64,000 nt of DNA from assembly GCA_964188305.1 (NCBI GenBank), contig OZ076893.1, one strand, 5' to 3'. Below are positions 24,243 to 36,476 of this stretch, in pieces. Position 1 is the first letter of the stretch. Each line of letters begins with the position of its first letter. A program made the position numbers and the translations under genes. The notes below the pieces were generated by a model. That model ran no database searches, had not been told where the DNA came from, and was given only the letters and a program-made list of their open reading frames with translations. This DNA is from Podarcis bocagei. Its lineage: Eukaryota.

Positions 24243-26672
24243 ATGGATGTGATGGAAGTAAAGCAGGCAGAGAGAACAAGGAAGATCACCAAGAGGCAAG
24301 TACTGTTTCTGTTCATATTCTGGTCTGTGTTCTGCTGCCAGGTAGTGTCTGAGAAGGTTCAGTATTCAGTTCCAGAGGAAGCAGAGCAGGGCTCCTTTGT
24401 GGGGAACCTTGCTAAAGATCTGGGGTTGGATGTCAGAGAGCTGTCAAAGCGCAAACTTGGTATTTCTTCAGAAAAGCAGTTCTTTGAATTGAATGAACAA
24501 AATGGCAACCTGTATGTGAATGAGAGGATAGACCGGGAAGAGATTTGTGGGGAATCATCCACTTGTGTCGTCAAATTAGAAGTTGTGGCACACAATCCTT
24601 TGAATATTTTCCACATAAATATTTTTATCCAGGACATTAATGACAATGCCCCATATTTCCGGAATGAAAATGTTGAGCTTAAATTGAGTGAGTCTACTCT
24701 GCCAGGAACTCGATTTGCTCTTGGAAATGCTGAAGATAAAGACATTGGAACAAATTCCCTGCAGAATTATCAATTGAGCTCAACTCCATATTTCAAGTTG
24801 GAAATTCAAAACAGCAATAATGGTGGCAAATATGCAGAATTAGTATTGCAGAAACAACTGGACAGGGAAAAAGAACATGTGCATCACATGGTCCTTACAG
24901 CCATGGATGGTGGAGAACCTCCAAAAACCGGAACAGCCAAAATATTGGTAACAGTTCTTGATGCTAATGACAATGCCCCTGTTTTCACCCAGACAATCTA
25001 TAAAGTGAGCCTGAAGGAGAGTGCACCCAAAGAAACCTCTGTGCTTCAAGTCAAAGCATCTGACAGTGATGAAGGGTCCAATGCTGAGATCACTTATACA
25101 TTCAGTGACATCCCAGAAACAGCTGAGCAGAAATTTCATCTGGATCCCAGAGATGGAACAATTACACTTATAGAAAGTGTTGATTTTGAGGACAGACAAA
25201 AATATTTGATGATAATTAAGGCAAGTGATGGAGGAGGCTTGGCGGCACATTGCAATGTGGAGATTGAGGTTCTTGATGAGAATGACAATGCTCCAGATGT
25301 GATCCTTACATCCGTGTCCAGCCCAGTTCCAGAAGATGTCACATCTGGAGCTGTGATTGCTCTCATTAAAATTCAGGACAGGGATTCTGGGGATAACGGA
25401 GAAGTCACCTGTCACCTGAAGGAACTTGTACCTTTCCTGATAGTCTCATCCTCGGATAATTACTTCAAGCTCCTCATAGATGGTGCTCTTGACAGAGAAA
25501 GGACTCCAGAGTATAATATTACAATCACAGCCACAGACAAAGGCACACCTCCACTATCCACACACAAAACCATATCAATACAGATCTCAGATATCAATGA
25601 TAACCCACCAGCCTTTGACAAATCTTCCTACACTGCCTACATTCCAGAGAACAACCCATCTGGAGCTTCAATTTTCCACATCAAGGCCTCTGACCCAGAT
25701 CTGGATCGCAATGCCAGAATCACTTACTCCATCCTTCACAGCAACATCAAGGACCTGCCTCTCTCCTCCTATGTCTCCATTAACTCTGAGACCGGGATCA
25801 TCTATGCCCAACGCTCCTTTGACTATGAGCAATTCAGGGAGTTTCAGATTCAAGTGAAGGCCCAAGATGGAGGTTCTCCACCACTCAATAGCAGTGCCAC
25901 AGTGACAGTATGTGTTTTGGATCGAAATGATAACGCTCCGCAGATCCTGTACCCCTCACAATCAACAGAGGGCTCCCCTTTCTTTGAGATGGTGCCTCGG
26001 TCAGCTGAGTCGGGTTATCTGGTGACGAAGGTGGTGGCCGTGGACTCTGATTCTGGACACAATGCCTGGCTCTCCTTCCATCTCCTGCAGGCCACAGAGC
26101 CCTCACTCTTCAGCATTGGCTCCCACACAGGAGAGGTGCAAACAGTCCGAGCATTACTTGAGAGAGATGCAGTGAAGCAGAGGCTGGTCATCCTGGTGAA
26201 GGACAATGGGCATCCTCCTCTCTCAGCCACCACAACTTTGAGCCTGGTGTTTGCTGAGAACTTCCAGGAGGCTCTTCCAGAAATGAACTCCCAACCAAAT
26301 GACTCAGAGTATCAGTCTGATCTACAGTTTTATTTGGTATTGGCCTTGACCTTGGTGTCCTTTCTGTTCCTGGTGACGGTGATTCTGACCATTCTGATGA
26401 AGCTTCGAAGGTCAAGGAACCCCACTTTCCTTCAGTGCTTTATTCCTGACCCCCATTCAAAGGCTGGTGCCATATTCCCACCCAATTATGAGGACGGAAC
26501 TTTGCCTTATTCCTACCAGGTCTGTCTGTCCTCTGAATCCAGGAGGAATGAGTTGACATTCCTGCAGCCCACTGTCCAAATAGCAGAGAACATCCTTTGC
26601 AATGGCAGCTCTGACATTTCTTTGATGGTCAGTGGAGGCAATTTAATTTCTGAAAAGGAAAATGACAGCACG
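24243..26672 (+). CDS. PCDHGB: Protocadherin gamma-B-like variable exon (B1)
   Basis: 818-aa ORF; gamma-B tail [16 protein letters not shown] and [20 protein letters not shown]; donor ACG|GTGAGT after 26672 (810 codons). Confidence 0.92.
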
Positions 26673-29390
26673 GTGAGTTATATTGCATGTTCCTTATAGG
26701 GAATTTGGTGTTGTCACTTGTTTGATAGTTTAATTGTAAACAGTGGATGTTATCAAACTGGCATCCCAGAGAATTGAGACCATGTCATCAGGGAAATAGG
26801 TAGGAAGTAGTACTGAGCTGCTACTGCTGTAGAGCAAGCTAATTGGATTTTCCAGCAGCTATTGAGGAACAGCATAGCTGGATGGTGGAGGCTCTGTCAG
26901 AATTACCCAGGTGCACATTTGCATGGTAACTCGGTGCCGTGCTAAGATTACAGTGTGGTGCAGCATGGCTAAGTGGAGAGAATGCTATTTTTCTTTTCTT
27001 TTCTTATCTTTGCAGTACAAATGCAATTGAATAAGTAGTTATTTTTTACATTCTGTCCTTTAAGAAATTTACAAGAAGAAATACCAAAAAGTCTTTCATA
27101 GAATATTCTTTAAATAAGTTGGTAAATTTCTTAGTAATTGGTAAAGTTTTTCAACTGAATTTTAGGAAGTGTGTGTGGAAGGAAGTGTTTATGGGTTGGA
27201 TTATTTAATGAGAGTAAAGGATTAATTAATCACTAAACATTTTAGAATAACTTGATTTGGTTCTCATAAATACAGATAATCTTACATAGCATTTGGATAC
27301 TGTGTTCCTGTCATAGACAGAGCTTGGGATTTGGGTCTGATGAGAATAGCACAACATATTAAGTGGTGGAGCACTGATAGTATCAGTAGTACAAGCATTT
27401 CTTAGGTCCTGTGACTGCATGCTGTTTGTAGAATGAAAAATGCTCATGTACAACCTGTGTAGAAGAGTGGCAGCATCAAAAGGGAGTTTCTCTTGGCATG
27501 ATTTCTAGAGATGTTGTATACCACTCTTTGTGTGTGTGTGTGGGACTATAGAATTATTTTACTTAAATAAATAATATGCACATATCCCACCCCCCACGTC
27601 CAAGATATGTATATACTGGAAATGGTCCCTGGATTGACAAATACCCTAAACCAAACATGACTGTATCATGAACCCAAAAGTATCCCCTGCCCCTGCACTG
27701 GCCCCAGCCCTGGCCAGGTCCTGTATTCTCATATACTACTGATGTCCAGTGTGGATGCAATCCCAAAGTATTGGCATTCCTTTCCTTGGCATTTGCATTA
27801 GAGATTATGACAAATTGTAACAGTTGTAGTGAACACTTTGTATGTAAGGATGTGTGGATGTGGAGCATGTGGTTAGTATTTCCACTTATACCATCTCTAG
27901 TCATGCTTCCATACTGTAGAAATATAGGGGACAAATGACTATTGGGTCACAGCTACCAATAGTAGATGCCCTTTTAACTCTTTGGCATGGAATGTTTTCT
28001 TATGGAGAGTCAATCTGGCCAGGACATACATCTGCACATGCTGTAATTGCTGTACTTTAAAGCTGGGTCATGTTCACCACCAGTGTATATTCCATTAGGA
28101 AAGATGAAGACTAATGTTAAAATAACATTTTTGGCATTATCTAGTGGATAATTCAGTGTCTTGTCCCTCCTGCTAATGGCCAAATTCAGTTTTAGCAGTT
28201 TAATCTTGTAGAACAAGAAGCACAACATCAAGCTCTCCAACGAAGATGGCCGAAAACCACCTACCTCTGCTGTTTAACAAGCCCTCACATGCTAGTTTTT
28301 AATAAAGCTCTCTTCTGAGTTTGACATCCAGTTTTCACATGTGTGCTTCTAAGCTGCCATTGAATGTTATCCATCCACAGTAGTGGTGTTTGTGATAAGC
28401 TGGAGCTGTGGATGAGGCAGCGGTGTGGCTGGGTCTGTATGCATCTGTCAGCAACCAATCTGGCATTCCTGCTGGTGCACCTACATGGCCCTAAGCTTGC
28501 CGTGACTGAAGCCCAGCCCTTTCCAGATAAGCAGTGGCAATAAATTACAGAGAATGTGGCCATTTTACTTCTTTGCTCTGTGCAGTAATACCTAGTGTTA
28601 AGAATGTTCAAGGCGCTTCACATATAGTGCTGTGTAACTCTTACAATAACCCAGAAAAGCAGATCAATGTTATGATATTGGGGTAGGGGGAGAGGCTGCA
28701 TTCAAATTTGTGGGGAATATTGCATTAGTTATTTTTCCTGCGTTTAATGGCAGCATTTCTGTCCTGTTCTTTTCACTGTGGTACCTGCTGTGCTAAGGAA
28801 CTGTGGTTTTTGACTGATATACCAGCAAGTTGTGCTGAATTTCATGCACACCAGTGTATTTGGTATCACACAACAATGAATGTCATTGGCTAATGCCGCA
28901 ACTCTGTCAGCCTTTCTGCACATGGATGCCTCTGTTTCCCCATGAAAACAGCAGGAAAGAACTGTGTGTCAGCATATCAGTTTCCTCACTTTACAACTAC
29001 AAACATTACACTGACACAAAGAAAATAAGAAGTACCAGAGGCTTACTATTCTTTTTTCTGCATCCAAAATGAATCTTTTGAATATCCAGCAAAGAACATT
29101 GCTGAGAAAGTTCAATATTTCAGAATTCAATTCATTCCAGAATTTCCAGTAATGGGCTAGGGCAGGAACCCTAAACACACTTGTCTTTCCTGCTCCATTT
29201 CAGTTTGTTTACAACAACAAAAGTTGTCACTCTTCTTTATCTATAGTGGGTAAATTTGAAGGGAAAAAATAAAGAATATAGAAAAATATACATAGTTATC
29301 CTAGCTATATCTTCATTTATAATATTTATAATATTATAATATAATAGTACAGTGAAATGGTGTTTATTTAATTTTCAAAAGTGAAGTTTT

Positions 29391-29431
29391 TGCAGTTTGG
29401 GCTTGATCCTCTGGGTGTCACTGTTGACCAG
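29391..29431 (+). promoter_or_regulatory. CSE / CTCF site (CACT variant)
   Basis: TGCAGT...TCCTCTGGGTGTCACTGTTGACC; CACT at 29419. Confidence 0.83.
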
Positions 29432-29617
29432 AACGGAGCAGAAATGTGAAATCCTGCCCAGTCGAAGTTGCCTTTCCGTTAAACACAAACACAAAATATC
29501 TGAAGGAACAAGCTGCTTGTCAGTGCAAAGAAGAAATGGAAGTGCATTTTCCTTAGAAAAAAATTGGATACAGCATCATTTGAATCAGAATTGAAGGGCC
29601 TTTAACCTGCTGCAAGG

Positions 29618-32041
29618 ATGGAAGGAACTCAGAGGCTGTGGAATTGCAGAAAGGGAATCTTCCAGTGCCTTTTCATGATGTTTTCTTGGAAGGCAGTTTC
29701 TGGGCAGATCCACTACTCCATTCCAGAAGAGATGCACAAAGGCTCTTCCGTGGGGAATGTTGCAAAAGACCTGGGAATGGATGGCAAGCAGCTCCCAGAC
29801 CATGGACTCCGCATTGTTTCCCCTGTAGGTATGATTCAGTACTTCTCTTTGAATGCCAACAATGGCCATTTGCAGATATCTGAGAGAATAGATAGAGAGG
29901 AAATTTGTGGAGAAGCAGAGAAATGTTTGTTGAAGTTTCAGGTTCTTGTTGAAAGCAAATTGAAGCTTTATGGAATTGAAGTGGAAATTACAGATATAAA
30001 TGATAATGCTCCCCACTTCTCTCTATGGGAACAGGACCTGGAAATCAGTGAGGCATCTATACCTGGATTCCAGGTTCCTCTTCCTGAAGCTCAAGATGCA
30101 GATTGGGGGATAAATTCAGTGCAGAGCTATGAACTCACGGGCAGTAGCCATTTTGCTTTGCATGTGCAAACAGAAGAAAATGGTGTCAGACTTGTTGAAC
30201 TTGTGTTGGAAAAGTCACTGGACAGAGAGGAACAATCAGCTTACGATTTGCTCCTCACAGCTACTGATGGAGGTGATCCCATCAGATCTGGCACATTACA
30301 AATCCACATCGCCGTCCTTGATGCAAATGACAATGCACCAGTTTTCAGCCAACCTCTCTATGAAGTGAGTGTGAATGAGAATATTCCCAAGTGGTCCACA
30401 CTTTTGACAGTGAGAGCAACTGATATGGATGAAGGAATCAATGGAGACATTAAATACTTTTTCCAAAAAATCACAAAGAAGGACTCCCAAATGTTTCTGT
30501 TAAATTCCACAACAGGTGAAATCATCCTTATTGGGAATCTTGATTATGAGGAATCATCTTTATATGCATTTGAGATACAAGCAAAAGATGGAGGAGGCCT
30601 GAGTGACAGATCAAAAGTTGTGTTATCTGTGATGGATCTGAATGACAATGCACCCGAATTATCAGTTACCTTTGCCACCAACACCATACTGGAAAGTTCA
30701 CCATCCCAAACGGTAATTGCCATTTTAAATGTCCAAGACCGAGATTCAGGAATCAATGGGGAAATCACATGTTCAATCCCTAGCAACCTCCCTTTCCAGC
30801 TAAAGAATTCCATGGATAACTTTTACAGTTTGGTGACAGATGGTGCTCTTGACAGGGAACAGGTGTCAGTCTTCAATATTACTGTCACTGTCACTGACCA
30901 TGGAGTCCCCCCTCTTTCTACAGTCACAGTTGTCACACTTCATGTTTTAGACACAAATGACAACCCACCCCTCTTTGAAAAAACAGACTATACTTTCTAT
31001 TTTGTTGAGAATAACCAAAGAGGAGCCATGGTCTCTTCTATAAGAGCAAATGATCTTGACTGGGAAGAAAATGCCAGAATAACATATTCCATCACTGATG
31101 ACCAAAGAAGTGACTCCCGCCTCTCCTCCTACCTCTCCATTAACTCTGAGACAGGGGTTATATATGCTCTGACCTCCTTTGATTATGAAGACTTTCGAGA
31201 CATTCGGTTCCATGTAAAGGCTCAGGATGGAGGTTCTCCACCACTCAGCTCCAACGTCTCAGTGACTCTCTTCATCCTGGACCAGAATGACAATGCTCCC
31301 CAAATCCTGTACCCCTCCCCTCCCACTGATGGCTCCACGGGGATAGAGCTGGCCCCTCGCTCCTCTGAGCCAGGCTACCTGGTCACTAAGGTGGTGGCCG
31401 TGGATGCGGACTCTGGCCAGAATGCCTGGCTCTCCTACCAGCTGATCAAGGCCACCGAGCCAGGGCTCTTCACTCTGGGGCTCCACACGGGAGAGATCAG
31501 GACGGCCCGCTTCTTTCTGGAGAAAGATGCCCTCAAGCAAAGCCTGGTGGTTTTAGTCAAGGACAATGGGCAGCCTCCAATGTCGGCATCAGTCACTGTC
31601 ACTGTGGTCTTGGCTGACAGCATCCCTGACATGCTGACTGATCTGAGCAGCGTCCCAGTATCTGAAGACCCACAGTCAGATCTCACCTTCTACTTGGTGT
31701 CTGCAGTGGCTTTTGTCTCCTGCTTGTTCCTCGCCTTCCTCCTTGTGTTACTGGCACTCAAACTTCGCAGGTGGAAAAATTCTCAGCTGCCTGATAATGC
31801 AAGTTTGAATTTCAGTGGTGCACCAGTTTCACAGTTTGTGGGGATTGACGGAGTCCGGGCATTTCTTCAGTCTTATTGTCATGAGGTTTCACTGACTTCA
31901 GGCTCTCGGAAAAGTCAGATTCTTTTTCCAATCGGAAGCTGTACCAATACTCTGACACCACAACAGGCTCCTGATAAGCCAGGCCCTGTGTTACTCATAG
32001 GTGATTCTAACACAGGTATGGAGGAGGCAGCAACCCATCAG
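29618..32041 (+). CDS. PCDHGA: Protocadherin gamma-A-like variable exon 4 (chimeric: ectodomain like exon 41845, tail and intron like exon 17921)
   Basis: 811-aa ORF; donor CAG|GTGAGC after 32041 (808 codons). Confidence 0.93.
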
Positions 32042-33032
32042 GTGAGCACATAAGTTTCAGTACTTCCTATTTGATCTCCCAGTATTCTAAAATGCATAGG
32101 AAACTTTCCTGAGTACAAAAGGTTTCCTGGCTCAGGCAATCACCATCCAGGACTGGGAGACTAAGAAGAACCACAGCATGGTGTAGATTGCACATCTCTT
32201 CCCGAGGCCCCTCCTTTGCATGTTTAGCTAAAGCTAAGGATGCATTCCTGAAGGCTGCTAGTGCCATTGTTTAATAATGATTAACAAGGTCTCTAGAACA
32301 GTTTGGTTTGCCAGAACTTTTGGTAGCAGGGCTCTCTCTCCATGGCTGTAGCACAGAGGTGGATAACCAGTGGGCTGCATGCACCATCCACATCTGCATA
32401 TTCATCTGGGCTTGGAGGCTCTTTTTTATTTTTTGTGGATTTTTTTCCTTCAATGTTTTTACTAAAATCTTTTGCAGTTGAGACACAGATCCAGAAAGGG
32501 TGCATGGGAGAAGGAAAGATGTGGGGTGAGGGAGGGAACAGGGAGAAAGGATAGATGGACACAGCTTCATTACATTTTGTGTTAACCAAAAACAAAAACA
32601 AAAAAACCACAAAGGGAGTTTATTTTAAATGTCAGGGGTTTTTTAAAATATATATAATACAAAAAAGCGAGAACTCTAACCCCAAACTGTTTGGGTTGCA
32701 TGCAACAAGAAAGGTTTTCAGCGGGTGGGGCATCAATGCTTGGTGTGGGGGGCTGACACGCTTGGAACACGAATCATGAGAGAAGCTCAGGGAATGGAGC
32801 ATTAAAACAGACACCATGAAAGAATGAGGTGCTTGGGCAAGGAGGGAAATACAGAGCAGTTCCTCAGCAGGGGAATGGAGGGCACTCCACACTGAAGCCA
32901 TGGAGAAATCCAATCCTTTTCCATCCCATCCCACTGCAGCCCATCCCATCTTTCAGTGCAGTCCCCCAAACTGCCTATACCTTCCTGATCCTGCCAAAGA
33001 GAAACACCACTACCGGAGACGGGGTGGGGAAT

Positions 33033-33384
33033 CATCTACCTGGTGACTGCAGTGGCTTTTGTTTCCTGCTTGTTCATCACTTTCCTCGTGTTAGTGGTCA
33101 TCAGGTTGCACAGATGGAGAAAACTGCAGCTGTTTGAGTCAAGGAGTGTGAATTTCAGTGGTGCTCCTGTCTCACAGTTTGTGGCTATTGATGGAATCCA
33201 AGCATTTATTTACTCTTATTGTGATTATCTTTCTCTTACCACTGACTTTTGAAAAAACCAGTTTAACACTTCCAGGGCAAATTATTTCCATACCGCAACC
33301 AATGATCAGGCCTAGGAGGTAAAGGATCCTATTTTTGCTACTGGGTATTTAGATTGGAACAATGGAAATGAAATCAGAGACCAG
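33033..33384 (+). pseudogene. Second copy of the relic gamma-A TM/tail exon
   Basis: Near-identical to 20788-21151 at an offset of about 12.23 kb; premature TGA at 33250-33252. Confidence 0.85.
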
Positions 33385-34398
33385 GTGTGCTAACTTTTTC
33401 TTCTAATTGTAAATGTAGTTACAAATCTTGACAGATAAATTTTCCATTTTTCTCTTTTCTTGACCCTTTTCAAAGCAATTAGACATGTTGGTAATTATTT
33501 TATTCCACTTATAGCTAGTATCTTATTTTACTAGTTGGGGAAATCTATATATCCAGAATTTCCCAGACATATCCAAAATTTGTCAGCATCATCTGGGCAG
33601 AAATCAGAAAAATGTTGGGAAAAATCCGGGCGTATGGCAGCCCATGTTGGCAGTTGCGATCTTGCCCAACAACTTTTCTGTCCGGATTTTCACTGTTTGA
33701 AACATGGCAACTGAAGGTCTGATTGCCTGGGACACAAGCCAGAAGGCACAGTGGGTGGTCTTCTCACTTTGGTGAGTGGCAAGGAGGGGAAAAGAGGGGG
33801 AAAGAAGGTAGCAGGGGGGGGAGTGGCCTATTTTTTTGTCTTGGCCCCTCCCCCCAACTGTGCCCACATTTGGCTTCAGCCCTGTCCACCACTGGCTTTT
33901 GTCTTGCCCAGCATTTCCTAAGGCCACTGGCAGATTACCTCTGGCCCCCTGTTCTGTTCTGTTGTGGAATGCCTCCCCCTTGGGAAGTCTGATTGCCCCC
34001 CTCATTAAATGACAGGCTGTGAATACCTCTGTGTTCAATTACACTGTCAATTATTTCTTCCACCTCCCTGTTGGTTGATTAATTGTTTTCATTCAAGTTG
34101 TGATCTGCTTTGGAAGTCCCTGGACTAAAAGCTGAGATGAACCTATTTCGAACAAATAAATACATTTTCCTGTGGTAACATGATCTTCTGGTTCTCTTTG
34201 CCAACCACTATTCTTAAATAGGTGCAACTTGTGCCTAGTTATGTGCAAGTAATAATTGCTCACAGTAGCATAAAGTACCTCTAAGCCTGGAAGGAAAGGG
34301 GGTGTTGCTATATGCACTTTGAGTGCTGGTGGGAATTGCATGCTGAAATAGCTGACCTATCCTGCCTGCATTACAGTTCCCAATCCCAAACCAGGAGC

Positions 34399-34532
34399 CA
34401 TGTGCTAGAACTGGCCCTCCAAATGTTTTGGGACTACAATTCCCATCATCCCTGACCACTGGTCCTGCTAGCTAGGGATGATGGGAGTTGTAGTCCCCAA
34501 AACACCTGGAGGGCTGAGTTTGGGGATGCCTG
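34399..34532. mobile_element. Palindromic MITE (duplicated copy)
   Basis: Same sequence as 22167-22300, offset 12232. Confidence 0.7.
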
Positions 34533-35685
34533 TGCCAGAAGGAGGCATCCATCCTCTAATCTACCTTGCTGGACTGGGTCATTAGTCAAATATAGATTCA
34601 TTTTGCTATGTGTATGCATTGTGTTTTAGTCTATGCTTTTGGCTAATCGTTCTTCACTGAACAATGGTGTTACTATTCACTGATAACTCCACGTTTTCAG
34701 GTAATAAGAATTTAACCTATCAAATTAATATCAACAATAAGACCGATAGAATGATAGAAAATCATTCCGAATCTATGATTGCATTCAAGTCAAGAGTGGA
34801 TATAAGCAGTTCTGGATATATCTTAGACCCCCAAAAGAAAGTTTCTTATCACTCAAATCCTCTCCACTGAATGGCTCTGCACTGATACAATAATGGCAGA
34901 AAGAAAGTTCTCAGTTCAAAACAACTACTGTTACTACTACTACTACTACTACGATTAATTATTACATTTCAGTTTACAGTCTGACAAACTGAAATTCTGC
35001 CAGAGTAGTGCACACTTTGAGTGCACTTGTGTAGAAGCTTTTTCTTCATGTCATAAACATTCCTGATTAATTACAATAAACTTCCACATGTGCCAAAGCA
35101 ATCCAAAAATGCAATACATCTAACAAATCTTTTATCTTCAGATATAAGTTTCATTCAGGTAAGTTGGTATAGGTATGCAATGTAAAAGCTGTAATAAAAT
35201 CTTACTAGCAAAGGTTGAATAGAATTAAGTAACAACACTATGAAAACAGAAATGAAAAACCAATTATTCAAAAGGATCATATGCGTCTTCTTGGGAAATA
35301 CCATTGAAAAGCATCCAAAAAAGTCAAAGGGAGAATATTGACTAATTCACCACCTAAGGAATTAGGAATCATCACACAGAATCGTAAGGAAAGATGTATC
35401 ACCCAAAACTTCCTCTAGTGCAGCAGTGACCAGCCAAATGCCACAGGGAAGATTACAAACATATGAGAAAAATGTCAAATGAATATGCATGCCTAAAGAA
35501 TGAAAGAGTTATCCTGTGCTAAAGTGAATTTAAATTTCTTTTTCAGCATTTTATTATGGCCAATAGAACAGAAATAAAGCACACAATGCACCAAAATCTT
35601 AAAGACAGAACAAAATACAAAATTTAAATTTGCTAAACAAGTTCATAATTAAATAAAGGCCAAATCACCAGAATTCTGGCAGGGA

Positions 35686-35899
35686 TAGGGTTGCCAGGGC
35701 ATTCCACAATTGTTTTTAGGAAAACCTGAAACTTGTTGAGCTTTTTCTAGACAAAAACACCCCTAAAACCATGATTTTGCAATTGACTTGAATAAGAACG
35801 AGGATAAAAGGGCCAACTTTTGGAAATTCCCCCAAGATGTCAATTCCGCCTTTGAAATCCCAGTAACGTCCAGGGAAATCCGAACGTATGGCAGCCCTA
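35686..35899. mobile_element. hAT MITE (duplicated copy)
   Basis: Same TIRs and GGCAGGGA TSD as 23460-23672. Confidence 0.85.
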
Positions 35900-36202
35900 G
35901 GCAGGGATGTAGGCTTTCTGAATTATTGCATGGTTTTCTTCTGCTGGCAACTGCTTGTGTTTATGCTACATCAAAAATACCCTAAAGTGTCATTATCATC
36001 TACCAGCAAAAGCAATAAAAATATTAAAATAACAGTTTGTATGCAATGAAAAACAAATCTGAATTAAGCTTATGTGACTTCTAATCAAGCGATTCTAAAG
36101 TACATTTGGACAACCAGTGAAAGAATTTTTAGTCCTTCACAATTCTCCATAGATATCAGGGGAAAATAGCAATATAGAATTATAAACATGAAAATAAGCA
36201 AA

Positions 36203-36243
36203 TACAGTTCCCCATGTGGACTCTGAGTGTCACTGTTGGACAA
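36203..36243 (+). promoter_or_regulatory. CSE / CTCF site of B2 (CACT variant)
   Basis: GGACTCTGAGTGTCACTGTTGGAC; CACT at 36231. Confidence 0.8.
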
Positions 36244-36476
36244 CATGGGAGCAGCCATTGCTCCAGCATTTCTGAGACTCTTGGAGCAGTCTCTCTCTCT
36301 CTCTTAACACTTCAGCCGAGCAGAAAGGAAAAGCTTTTATTTTAAAAGCTGCTCAAGAAAGGAAAGCTCTCAGTTTCCAAAGATCAGCTGAAAAGAAGAA
36401 TATTTCTATTATCTCAAATAAGTGCACTGGGAGTCTTGAAAACTGTACTGAAAGAAGGAAGAAATCAGGAAAGGCA

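Noticed and set aside
24840-25415. Recurrent antisense and alternative-frame ORFs inside the exons (e.g. 191 aa, 125 aa, 83 aa)
   Set aside because: Shadows of duplicated cadherin coding sequence; recurrence reflects paralogy, and some are broken in other copies
28285-28611. 108-aa ORF identical at 40507-40833
   Set aside because: Identity is explained by the recent 12-kb duplication; no recognisable domain and a non-ATG start
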